From assembly GCA_031268315.1 (NCBI GenBank), contig JAIRXK010000028.1, forward strand, positions 1 to 32,000: a stretch of DNA of 32,000 bases, in the 5' to 3' direction. Positions 14,768-23,873 of this stretch are shown in pieces. Both the position numbers and the translations under genes were made by a program. Position 1 is the stretch's first letter. Each line of letters starts with the position of its first letter. Under the pieces are notes generated by a model. The model saw nothing but the letters and a program-made list of their open reading frames with translations. It searched no databases and was not told the DNA's origin. This stretch comes from Puniceicoccales bacterium. Its GTDB lineage: Bacteria; Verrucomicrobiota; Verrucomicrobiia; Opitutales; JAIRLM01.

Positions 14768-15524
14768 AATGGCGGCGACAGTGATCGCTCCGGCGAAATT
14801 GTTCCAGCGAAAAGAGTTCGCGGGCTTTCGATCGGCATAAAAACGGCAATAAAGAAATACAAGTTCACACTTTTCCCAGGGAACAAGAGAATGGCGAGTA
14901 ACAACGCAAATCATCGCAACATTCTCGCGCAGATGAAATTCGCCGAATAATTGGCATCGACGGCAACTCGCCGCTTTTACTCAATGCACTGGAGCGATTA
15001 TTGGTGCTTACAAACCAGTCGGGACCGATTTTAATTACTGCTGTAAAGGAACTGGAAAGAAAAAATTTGCTGAGTTTTTTCACCATCTGGTCAGTGGCGA
15101 ATGCCAAAACCTCCATATTCTTCGCTGTGAAAAATTTGCTTTTCCGTTGCCCTGGATCTCTGCCGCGAATTTCTTTGTGGAAATTATGGAAAGGTGTTTG
15201 GCGACTTCCATGGCTATGACTTTCAGTGTGATCGACCTGTCGCGGTAAAGCAAAATTCCTCCAGCGGAGAGATTTGCCTAGAGATCCCCATCCACAACTC
15301 TTGGAGAATGATATTCCGCTATCGAGCCTGCGGCCACGGCGCTTTCCATGATCACGCATTGGCATTCAGCGGCGTCCATTGCTTCTAAATTACTTCCCCG
15401 GCGAGTATTAATAAAATTGCATCGGAAGCAGTAATAGCCTTTCCAAAAGACCAACCATCTCCCCAAGGTCCACTTAGCAAAGATTGCAAATGTGGAAAAA
15501 TATTTTTGAAATCAAAATTTCATT

Positions 15525-16244
15525 TCAATTTTTGCAGGAAATGACATCGCCCCACTCATTATCTACTAGGCATTTATGGATGCGATCCAGAGTTGGCAGC
15601 ACTTGATCATTCCAAATTTTTTTGAGTGTGTGGTGTGGTATTTTTTTCAAAAAAACGGAATAAGGCTTCCGTTTGCACAGAACAAAAAACACAAAATCAC
15701 GATTATCTTCATCGCCGCTTCGGTGCAAAACGCCGTCATAGAAGGCCGCCTGAATATGGTACCCAAATTCTAACACCTTACTATTGAATGCATTTTTCAA
15801 ATGGCCGGTGCTCTTTACGTCAATGATCATTCCCTTGTGGAGGGCATCTGGTTTCGCCTTTATAATTAATCCATTGCTCAATTTTACAGCAAGCGGCTTT
15901 TCTTTGATCGCATCTTTCAAATGACTGCCATAAAATATATGAGCCTTCAAGCGTTCGGCAAAGAGTTTGACATTTGACCACTCGTATGGAGTCAAACGCA
16001 CGCGTCCATTGGGGTCCGATTGTTGATAATTTCCCATATAATAGCGTTGCTCAAATTGATCCGGTTCAAGGACTAAACAGTGAAATGCGGACCCTATGAT
16101 CAAGCTGCGATTCTCAGGAATCACCGCGTCTCGAAGAACATAGCGATGGTAGTACAGGGACGGCGATCGAAGAAATTCTCTCAGGGAAGATGAAGTAATG
16201 GTCCAGCCGTCGTGGTCGTGATAATTTTTCGCTTCCATTGTCAT
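15525..16244 (-). CDS. PD-(D/E)XK nuclease, phage RecE/Cas4-like fold (DUF3799-type)
   Basis: 239 aa. The motifs are GSAFHCLVLEPDQF, KAKPDAL......IIDVKST (D...D/E-x-K) and YHIQAAFY, in the order typical of phage-type PD-(D/E)XK recombination exonucleases. Confidence 0.7.
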   Translation of the reverse strand: MTMEAKNYHDHDGWTITSSSLREFLRSPSLYYHRYVLRDAVIPENRSLIIGSAFHCLVLEPDQFEQRYYMGNYQQSDPNGRVRLTPYEWSNVKLFAERLKAHIFYGSHLKDAIKEKPLAVKLSNGLIIKAKPDALHKGMIIDVKSTGHLKNAFNSKVLEFGYHIQAAFYDGVLHRSGDEDNRDFVFFVLCKRKPYSVFLKKIPHHTLKKIWNDQVLPTLDRIHKCLVDNEWGDVISCKN

Positions 16245-16364
16245 GGACAGAGTCCATAAAAAATTTTACACAATTGCCAGTCGTAATTTATTTATCCTTG
16301 AAATTTTTTTTATTAGGCATATGAGTGACGATTCGCGTGTGGAGATTTGGAGGTTGAGTAGATC

Positions 16365-17159
16365 ATGAAATGCCGCATTAGAGCTATTGCTTTTCTATTT
16401 TTTTTTATTTTTATATTGGCAAATGTGTCCTGTGGAAAAGTAGGCGATGGCGGATCCTGTCGGCGGAGGAAAGACGGCGAATTTTTTGCGGGTCGCATGC
16501 ACATGCAACGAGGTCATCCCGCCCAAGCACTGCAATGTTTTAGTCGAGTTTCCCAACGGTCCACAGCCTATGGCGCAAATGCACACTTTGAATGTGGGGA
16601 AATCTATTTAAATCATTATAATGATCCAATTTCTGCCATTTATCACTACCGGAAGTACCTTGAATTGCAGCCAAATGAGCGGGAGTCCGCCCTGGTTCGA
16701 CAGCGCATAGGTACCGCCGAAAAGGCATTTCTTTCGCGCATTCCCGCGCTGCGCCACTACGGTGGAGAATCCCATGGAGAATTGCTTCATTCTCTCAAAT
16801 TGCTGCAGAATGAAAACTTACGGCTACGGCGGCAGATTGCTACTTTGAAGCAAAAATGCAAAATTTTGTCCACCGAAAATCACATCAATATGTCCTCCAT
16901 TGAGGAATACGATGACATTGATGGGCGAAATAGCAAAAAAGTCGATGTAGCTAGTCGTTTTCAGTCATTTTACACAGTTTTGCAGGGTGATACACTTTCT
17001 TCTATTAGTGAAAAGATCTATGGAAATTCGCGGCATTGGAAGGAAATTTTTGATGCAAATGTCAATTCTCTGCCGTCCCCAGCTCGCTTGAAAATTGGGC
17101 AGCAGCTCGGCATTCCATCCATTTCTCGGGACGAAAACATCGATATAGAACCTCCTTAA
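16365..17159 (+). CDS. lipoprotein with TPR-like region, coiled coil and C-terminal LysM domain
   Basis: 264 aa, with GGAGG upstream. It has a signal peptide plus lipobox-like FILANVSC. A TPR-like segment (YHYRKYLELQPNE) is followed by the LysM domain YTVLQGDTLSSISEKIYGNSRHWKEIFDAN...LKIGQQLGIP. Confidence 0.8.
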   Translation: MKCRIRAIAFLFFFIFILANVSCGKVGDGGSCRRRKDGEFFAGRMHMQRGHPAQALQCFSRVSQRSTAYGANAHFECGEIYLNHYNDPISAIYHYRKYLELQPNERESALVRQRIGTAEKAFLSRIPALRHYGGESHGELLHSLKLLQNENLRLRRQIATLKQKCKILSTENHINMSSIEEYDDIDGRNSKKVDVASRFQSFYTVLQGDTLSSISEKIYGNSRHWKEIFDANVNSLPSPARLKIGQQLGIPSISRDENIDIEPP

Positions 17160-17535
17160 ACGTTGTCATCCAAATGACAGACTTCGCTTGCAAAAAAATT
17201 CATCTTTATGATCTGCTGTAAAAAAAAACATCAACAAGAGGTTATTCCAGCGGATTCGTGATTTTTAAAATCAGAAAACACAAATGTTTTCTGCGGCATA
17301 ATTTGTGCCCTCAATCGGCCGATCGCTCTCACACAGCCACGGATTGCATTTATAGGGACCCAATCGCTTCGAAACAACTCCACATTCACTAAATACGCCG
17401 GAAGCCATCGCCATTTTTTTAAGTATCCTCTATTTTGGCGATTATAATTAACTGAATTTTTTTAATTTTTGGTTGAATTTATCAATGCGAATGAATTATT
17501 TATGATCAAAAAAATGATCTACGCGCTTGATCAAA

Positions 17536-18309
17536 TTATGGCATTTCGATGATCGGCCCGCGAATATGAAAATGTCTGCCGTTGTCCTTAAAAACGTGTA
17601 GAGTTCCCCCTGGCATGTGCACGCAGAGCGGAAAAGAGATGCAACGGAGGTGGTGGCCAACAATTGCCGATGCCACTGCTCCCGATCCACAGGATCGAGT
17701 TTCGCCAACGCCACGTTCCAATATGCGAATAGTGATATTTTGAAAATCATTAACTACAACGAATTCCACATTGATTTCCGTTGAAAAATTCCGACGATTT
17801 TCGAAAAAATTGTCAATTCCGCCAATGGGAAAATCAAGTTCTGCAACCCCGATAACAAAGTGAGGATTTCCAATGGAGACGACGTGCCCTGCATAGGTTT
17901 TCCCTTTTATGGTCAATTTCCATTCTTTCGGTTCGTCGATACATTTTCCTAAATTTCCGATAACATCATAGCATTCTTTTTGTGATGATGGAAATACTTT
18001 ACAAATTACTATTCCAGATATAGTGTTTAAAAAAATGGGTGCTTCAGGCCTCTGAAGACCTATCTTCACCAGGTGCGCAGCAAAAATTCGCGTGCCATTT
18101 CCACTCATTTCTGCCTCAGATCCATCGGGATTAAAAATTTGCAGATCAAATTTTCCATGAAAGTTCCTACCGAGAAGCAATCCATCCGTTTCCATGCATT
18201 TGCAACAGCGAATAATTTCATTGCCGTTCATGGCCACATTCAATGGAGCAACAGCATAGCAATTACCCAAAGCCGAATATCTGGCAAACAAAAACGACCC
18301 GCACTCCAA
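17536..18309 (-). CDS. dapF: diaminopimelate epimerase family protein (first catalytic Cys replaced by Ser)
   Basis: 257 aa with a TTG start. The motifs are YSALGNCYAV, NPDGSEAEMSGNGTRIFAAHL and ERGVGETRSCGSGAVASAIV. The first thiol motif is normally E-M-C-G-N-G; here the codon is AGT (Ser) at 18103-18105. Confidence 0.75.
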   Translation of the reverse strand: MECGSFLFARYSALGNCYAVAPLNVAMNGNEIIRCCKCMETDGLLLGRNFHGKFDLQIFNPDGSEAEMSGNGTRIFAAHLVKIGLQRPEAPIFLNTISGIVICKVFPSSQKECYDVIGNLGKCIDEPKEWKLTIKGKTYAGHVVSIGNPHFVIGVAELDFPIGGIDNFFENRRNFSTEINVEFVVVNDFQNITIRILERGVGETRSCGSGAVASAIVGHHLRCISFPLCVHMPGGTLHVFKDNGRHFHIRGPIIEMP

Positions 18310-18358
18310 ATGTACGTAGATTTCTGTGCCGTAGCGAGGCTATGCAAGCATTATTTTT

Positions 18359-18396
18359 GCTAATTGAATATTTGCCGTGGAAGTATTTCAATTAGC
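18359..18396. promoter_or_regulatory. perfect 10-bp inverted repeat with 18-nt spacer in the dapF/lysE divergent region
   Basis: GCTAATTGAA (18359-18368) and TTCAATTAGC (18387-18396). No flanking T-tract, so an operator or RNA stem is more likely than a terminator. Confidence 0.3.
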
Positions 18397-18643
18397 CTAG
18401 CGTCAATTTCGACTGATCCTTGTCCGAAAAGTTTAAGTTTTTTCAATTGCAATCGGCCACCCATGCCCAATCAAAGTGGAGTCACATTTCTTCTCATTTC
18501 ATTAGATACTTTTTGGTGCCGTTGATTTTCCGCAATCGCGCCCGCAGCGTTGGCGAATCATTTTTGATTTTAATTTTCTCGATTGCGAAAAATTAATTTA
18601 TTTGCACCAATGACTGCCGTGTCTAAACTTGAATAGGAGCGCT

Positions 18644-19273
18644 ATGTCTTTTTATTTTTTTATAAAATCGTGGGTTCTTGGATTTATAATCGCCGCCCCC
18701 ATTGGACCTATCGGAATGCTATGCATTCGCAAGAGTTTAGAACATGGCATGGCAGGTGCTTTTTCCGTAGCCATTGGAGCTACTTGCGGCGATGCTACTT
18801 ACGGATTTGTTGCAGCATTTGGCATTGGCATTATTGCGCACTTTTTTACACAGCATGTATGCTTAATTCAGCTATTCAGCGGATTTTTTCTACTGTATTT
18901 TGCCATTAAAGAATTACAGCGCCCGCATCCATCGCCTACACAAAGCGTGCGATTTAGGGGAATTTTGCGATTTTCGGCCATTGTTTTTTTGCTTACACTG
19001 TCGAACCCAATGACAATTCTTCCTTTTATTAGCATATTTGCCAGCATCAGCTCGGAAACACGAAGCATCGGCGAATCACTAATGCTGGTTACAGGAATTG
19101 CAAGTGGCTCACTAACTTGGTGGCTTCTTCTTGGCTGCACCGTTGCCCTTCTGAAGAGTCGCCTTCCAAATTCATACATAAGAAAGATTCGCTATTTGTC
19201 CGCAGCAACAATTGGAGCTTTCGGAGTTTGGGCCCTAATTGGCGGATTGAGATTTTTCTCTAACAGCCATTAG
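18644..19273 (+). CDS. LysE/RhtB-family amino acid exporter
   Basis: About 209 aa from the ATG at 18644, with AGGAG 5 nt upstream (the track start at 18629 is TTG). It is polytopic, and the N-terminus FIKSWVLGFIIAAPIGPIGMLCIRKSL...GDATY is typical of LysE-type translocators. Confidence 0.8.
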   Translation: MSFYFFIKSWVLGFIIAAPIGPIGMLCIRKSLEHGMAGAFSVAIGATCGDATYGFVAAFGIGIIAHFFTQHVCLIQLFSGFFLLYFAIKELQRPHPSPTQSVRFRGILRFSAIVFLLTLSNPMTILPFISIFASISSETRSIGESLMLVTGIASGSLTWWLLLGCTVALLKSRLPNSYIRKIRYLSAATIGAFGVWALIGGLRFFSNSH

Positions 19274-19346
19274 GAATTCCATATTAGCACATATGAATTA
19301 GAGCCCTAAATTTACGGCTCGAAAAAATTTTTCGCCAAAACCTTTT

Positions 19347-20710
19347 CGAGAGTTTTGCAATTCGCATTAATTGAAGATTTGAAGTACGCCTTCCTAAATT
19401 TTTACCGGTTTGCATATGTATCAATTTATTTGAAATTTAATATATATATGCATCGCGTTACCGATTAGCAGCACTGCCGCAGCGAAAAAATGCCGCTGAT
19501 TGGAATAAGTTTGCGCATTTCAACGGGATATCTCCAATAGGCAGACAGCGAATCCCAATTTTCTCGCCAAATTTCGCCTATGTTTTCATAGTGTGGGTTC
19601 CACTTCAAGCAAAACATTTCCAATCTTTCAAGGCCCGCATCCGCATGAGGAGCGGCGAAGACATCTCGTATGTTCCCACAAATTGCATCGACATGTTTTG
19701 CTTCTATGATATCGATGAAACTTCGAATTTGGCTAAAAATACATTTCTGTCGATCGGCAAATGGAAAGCATATGTGAATGGCTTCGTTCAATTTCGGCAA
19801 ATCACTGCTGCAAAAAATCATCAAATCGCTGAGACCGCGAGTTTTGAGACTCTTCATGGCCTCGACCCAGTATTGCTCGTCGTGATCTTCTGGGACCGCA
19901 TACACTCCGAATACTTCCTTATAGCCATTTCTGTCAATGCCGATGCATGCATAGATGTTATTTTCTGAACACGTTTCATCCGATTGAAACTTAAAGGTCC
20001 TGCTATCCATGTAAATAATTGCACAGGTTGGTTGTATTGATTTAGATATTACGCCACTTGATTCGGTGATCATTCGATTGGCAAAGCGGCTAAGGTCCTC
20101 CGCGGAAATTTCGTTTTTGTAAATTTCGCGCAGGTATTCGACGGTATCGCTCAGCGTCAATCCTTGGGCACAAAGAGCGATCAATGCATCTTCAATGTCA
20201 TAAATATTATTCTTATATTTGCCAACAATTTTTGCTTTATAAAGACCTTGTCTATCCCGAGGCACTTTCAACGTAATGGGGCCATTGCAACTCTTAACCA
20301 CCTTCTGAGAAACCCCATTGCGATAATTCTCTCTTCTACCCAATTTTCGCGCAAATTTTTCAAAGCCTAAAAAACTTTCTAATTCTTCAGAATAAAGAAT
20401 CTCAATTGCGCATTTTTTAATTTTGCGAAATGCCATATTGGCAAGGTCGAAATCGCCGTATATTTTCGGTGACTTTCTGCGCCTAGGCTGCCTCTTTATC
20501 CGCGATGACCATTTTTTTTTCTCATTCTCCATAGTAATAGATTCCTTCTATTAAAAAATTTTTTTGGAAAATTCACTCAGTGAACCATTTCTCCCAGTTC
20601 CCTAAGGACACATTTCCGACTTTTTATCAGCTAATCCACAGATAAATCGGCGCACATGCCGTATAAATGTATTCTGCAATGAGTACTTATCCCAATTGCC
20701 AAAGCTTTCG
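19347..20710 (-). mobile_element. IS256-family insertion sequence, probably decayed (boundaries tentative)
   Basis: It encloses the transposase ORF. The candidate imperfect terminal inverted repeats are CGAGAGTTTTGCAATTCGCATTAA (19347-19370) and the reverse complement of TTATCCCAATTGCCAAAGCTTTCG (20687-20710). About 19 of 26 positions match with one gap. No flanking direct repeat was found. Confidence 0.35.
19465..20532 (-). CDS. IS256/Mutator-family transposase, C-terminally short
   Basis: 355 aa. The matches to the IS256 pattern are NYRNGVSQKVVKSCNGPITLKVPRDRQGLY, IIYMDSRTFKF, ACIGIDRNGYKEVFGVY and RGLSDLMIFCSSDLPKLNEAIHICFPFADRQKC. The ORF stops where the T-T-N-x-x-E catalytic segment is expected. 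Confidence 0.7.
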   Translation of the reverse strand: MENEKKKWSSRIKRQPRRRKSPKIYGDFDLANMAFRKIKKCAIEILYSEELESFLGFEKFARKLGRRENYRNGVSQKVVKSCNGPITLKVPRDRQGLYKAKIVGKYKNNIYDIEDALIALCAQGLTLSDTVEYLREIYKNEISAEDLSRFANRMITESSGVISKSIQPTCAIIYMDSRTFKFQSDETCSENNIYACIGIDRNGYKEVFGVYAVPEDHDEQYWVEAMKSLKTRGLSDLMIFCSSDLPKLNEAIHICFPFADRQKCIFSQIRSFIDIIEAKHVDAICGNIRDVFAAPHADAGLERLEMFCLKWNPHYENIGEIWRENWDSLSAYWRYPVEMRKLIPISGIFSLRQCC

Positions 20711-20963
20711 TCTCTAACCACGATAGAATGTTAGCGTTACCTATTTTCGGAAAGCAAGAAATTTTTTTTCAGAAATTCACAAAAAAAACTTTGCGAATTG
20801 TGTATCTCATTAATTTAATTGTGGTACTTGGAAGAAATCACTGGATTGGCCTGCTTTTTTTTAACTTTAAAGGCGTAAATTTTCTTCAATTTTTTTCAAA
20901 AAATTTTAGCTTCGAGATGCAACTATCGACGCTCAATGCCGCCACTTTGGCCACGCGCATCAC

Positions 20964-23741
20964 CTAATCTACAAGGGACAAAATGACCCATTTTCCAGAA
21001 GGTGTCATTTGCACGGTGGCTTCACACATTGCGCTTGCGCAAATTTTTCCATTCATTGCATCTGCGGAATCTCCATAGGTTCGAATAAAAAATGTGTCCG
21101 ATCGCACGGTGAATTGATTTCCAAAAAATTGCAAAAAGTCCGCCTGGCTCAGGTAGGCCGGCGATTGAAAATTAGTCGCACCATTGGCTACATCTTCGTT
21201 GAACCAGGAGGGATCGCGAGTGTCTCTGCTTTTCGGAGATAATTGGTCGAGAGAATCATTGACACCTGCCCGATTGATGGCCCGCTGGATGGGCCCGCAT
21301 TCCATCGCATCCCTGTCCTTTGCAAGCGGATCGCGGTTAATGAATGCACCCAATGTTGCGAACGGCCCACAGCGTTTAATTTCTTCCACGATGCATTCGC
21401 TGAGACGGTTTAAATCCTCTTCCCGCAGAGAGTGATGAATTTGAAAATTTTCTCCGCTGCTCTGCTGGTCGAAAAAGCGTGGAATAAAGTAGCTGTTCCC
21501 TAGCCGGTCACTAGGCATACTCCTCAACATACATTGCCACGCATAGCATGAAGTCGAATTCACATTGAACGCCCCGTGCCTAACCATGTGTCGGCCGCTT
21601 TGCATGCAGTCATCCAGCGGAGCTATTAAATCTGCATCCCCGCCAGTATCATATTGATCAAGAGAACATGTCGTAAAAAAATAGGATATGCCATTGCTCA
21701 CTTCGCGGAAGCCACTGACAAAATAATGGTCATAGAGTGCCGCATTTAGTAAGTAGGAATAGTCAAATAGCATGGATTGGCGAAAAAATGGATGGTTGCG
21801 AAAAGCTTCGATCGATGGCATGGCATGATGACCCACGGCATTGGCCGGAATGAGGGGATTACTAAGGCTATTTCCAACGGCATAGGCTGGATGATAGGAA
21901 AACGGAGTTAGCGGAACGTGCTGCAGCGTTGCAATGCTATAGGCTTCGTCGGGAAGGTCAAAGAGTACGGCAGATGGATTTCCATCTCCCCAAAATGTGA
22001 TTTCCGTCGGCGGAATGCTCACTCCCCCTGGTACCGCATCGACAAAGGCCACGTTCCATGGAATAAAATGACGAAAAAAGTGATCTTTTACGCCAAGAAG
22101 AGGGGCATTTTCGTAGGTACTTCTCCGAATTTGTGGGGCCCGTGGATTGTGATGGGCAATCCATTGAATTGAGCCATCTCCGCCACTGCCCGTTTGCGCT
22201 ACCGCAATGAGACGAAAAATTTCTCTCGCCGTGCCATCGAGGACAATGTCATATTCTTTGCCGCTGTCGCCGTCGATGAAATCACTGATTTCCTGAAGTA
22301 AATTTTCACATCCATCCAGCAATTGCAGCGTGAGATAGGACCAGGAAAAATTTATGGTGTTCATGCGGCTGAGAGTGATCGACGGGGTGCCCTCCGGCAA
22401 ATTCAAAGATATTCGCTTGCTGAGTCCCTCGCCTTCAATCGTAAATGCCTGCACTTCACCACTTTGAAACGACGAAGAAATCGGCCATTGCGCAAAGATA
22501 TTTTCAAATGAAACGCCCTCACTGGGGCCGCCAAGAAAACAGCCAGGCGGAAGCTTTTTTGTGGATGCGGGGACGATTCGAAAAATGTATGAGCCGCCAT
22601 TCAATTCCTTGGCATAGGGATTCCAAAGAAATACCTTTGGTTGCAGCGTAAGTGTAACGTGTCCATGATCTCCCTGGGCGATGAGTGATATGCTCAGCCC
22701 AACGAGGACGGGATGGATGCCAGACTGCACTGGAATATTGAGTCCAAGGTCAGGAACGGGTAACTGGGAAAGTGTTTGCGAATATACATTGGCGGCGAGG
22801 CCATTGCAAACGTAATGAGGCCCACCGGTTACTGGAAAAATTCCCCGCACCGTTGCCCGCCGTGTTGCATCGAAAAAGGATCCAATTAACGCAAAAGTTG
22901 GCGGCGGCTCTGGCCACTCTTGATTGCCAGAGAAAAGATATTCCACCGGCGCATATTGGTGTCCGCGCAATTTTGCAGTCAGATCAATGAGCCATTCGCC
23001 GGATGTGTTGCGAAGAAGCCCACAGCCACACAGGGTAATGCCATGAAAATAGCGATCAACACCACTGCCTAATTCTTCTCGCAGCGCGCGAAATGTGCAT
23101 TGCTTTTCCAAAAATTCCCTACGGCCATCTCCTAGGGATGAATCTCCAATGCCTATTCCGTGGAACTGCTGTGCGATGCGATCCGTCGGCAGAGTTGGCA
23201 TGGGTAAATTGATGCGAATTTTGCTGCACTCATCCTCGATCCAGTAGGCGTAGTGCCCAACAATTTTTCCATCGCACTGAATTGCCATGCGCGGGCAGCG
23301 ATCCTGGAGGCCAAAATCATCGAAAATGGCAATGGTGCTTTCCTTATCGCAGACAGATTCCGGAGCCATGAAATCCCGCTTTGTCGCCGCATCGGCGGAA
23401 ACCAGCCAGCGATTAAATTTCAGCTTTTCGTCCACAACATCCCACACTCCTACCCACTCAGAATGCTCTGCTGACACGGGGTTTAATCGCAAATTCGCCC
23501 GCCCGGTAATGCACCGGCCATCCCTATAAATTTCATCGAGCTCATCCATTGCTACTCTGAGCGCGCTGCGGGCATTCCATTGGGCTATGGACTGGTGCAT
23601 TCTGTGGCGGCCTCGCCGGGCCTGAATTTGAACGTAGCGTTCGGTGGACAGAACTACGACCCCTAAAATTGCCAGCAATCCGAGTATCAGCAGCAGCGCA
23701 AATCCCTGGGAATTTACCGGCGAAGGACGTAAAACGCGCAT
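20964..23741 (-). CDS. very large hypothetical protein with GspK/pseudopilin-like N-terminal anchor
   Basis: About 925 aa from the ATG at 23741 (the track start at 23765 is TTG). The N-terminus MRVLRPSPVNSQGFALLLILGLLAILGVVVLS...SIAQWNARSALRVAMDEL resembles GspK/PilX-type minor pseudopilins. The C-terminal ...FTVRSDTFFIRTYGDS... motif also occurs in that class. The central ~800 aa are unassigned. Confidence 0.6.
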   Translation of the reverse strand: MRVLRPSPVNSQGFALLLILGLLAILGVVVLSTERYVQIQARRGRHRMHQSIAQWNARSALRVAMDELDEIYRDGRCITGRANLRLNPVSAEHSEWVGVWDVVDEKLKFNRWLVSADAATKRDFMAPESVCDKESTIAIFDDFGLQDRCPRMAIQCDGKIVGHYAYWIEDECSKIRINLPMPTLPTDRIAQQFHGIGIGDSSLGDGRREFLEKQCTFRALREELGSGVDRYFHGITLCGCGLLRNTSGEWLIDLTAKLRGHQYAPVEYLFSGNQEWPEPPPTFALIGSFFDATRRATVRGIFPVTGGPHYVCNGLAANVYSQTLSQLPVPDLGLNIPVQSGIHPVLVGLSISLIAQGDHGHVTLTLQPKVFLWNPYAKELNGGSYIFRIVPASTKKLPPGCFLGGPSEGVSFENIFAQWPISSSFQSGEVQAFTIEGEGLSKRISLNLPEGTPSITLSRMNTINFSWSYLTLQLLDGCENLLQEISDFIDGDSGKEYDIVLDGTAREIFRLIAVAQTGSGGDGSIQWIAHHNPRAPQIRRSTYENAPLLGVKDHFFRHFIPWNVAFVDAVPGGVSIPPTEITFWGDGNPSAVLFDLPDEAYSIATLQHVPLTPFSYHPAYAVGNSLSNPLIPANAVGHHAMPSIEAFRNHPFFRQSMLFDYSYLLNAALYDHYFVSGFREVSNGISYFFTTCSLDQYDTGGDADLIAPLDDCMQSGRHMVRHGAFNVNSTSCYAWQCMLRSMPSDRLGNSYFIPRFFDQQSSGENFQIHHSLREEDLNRLSECIVEEIKRCGPFATLGAFINRDPLAKDRDAMECGPIQRAINRAGVNDSLDQLSPKSRDTRDPSWFNEDVANGATNFQSPAYLSQADFLQFFGNQFTVRSDTFFIRTYGDSADAMNGKICASAMCEATVQMTPSGKWVILSLVD

Positions 23742-23873
23742 GGCGAATGGTACAATTGCGCACAAGTGATGTCAAAAATTGTTTTTTCGAAAAATTTTAA
23801 AGGAAATTGCTTGCGTTGTTTGATGGAAAATGTGGTTTTCCCATAAATAAACTTAAAAAATTCTCTCACAACA

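Noticed and set aside
14865-15388. ORFs 14865..15365(-), 15001..15219(+), 15194..15388(+), 15278..15466(-) as genes
   Set aside because: They are mutually overlapping frames on both strands with no ribosome-binding sites and no motif I can name. They are treated as fragments of decayed genes rather than annotated individually. A GPW...W...K motif faintly reminiscent of RecT was too weak to use.
20728-20967. 79-aa plus-strand ORF downstream of the giant gene
   Set aside because: It lies in an AT-rich homopolymer-laden spacer, gives a Phe/Leu/Ile/Lys low-complexity product, and overlaps the 3' end of the convergent 20964..23741 gene.
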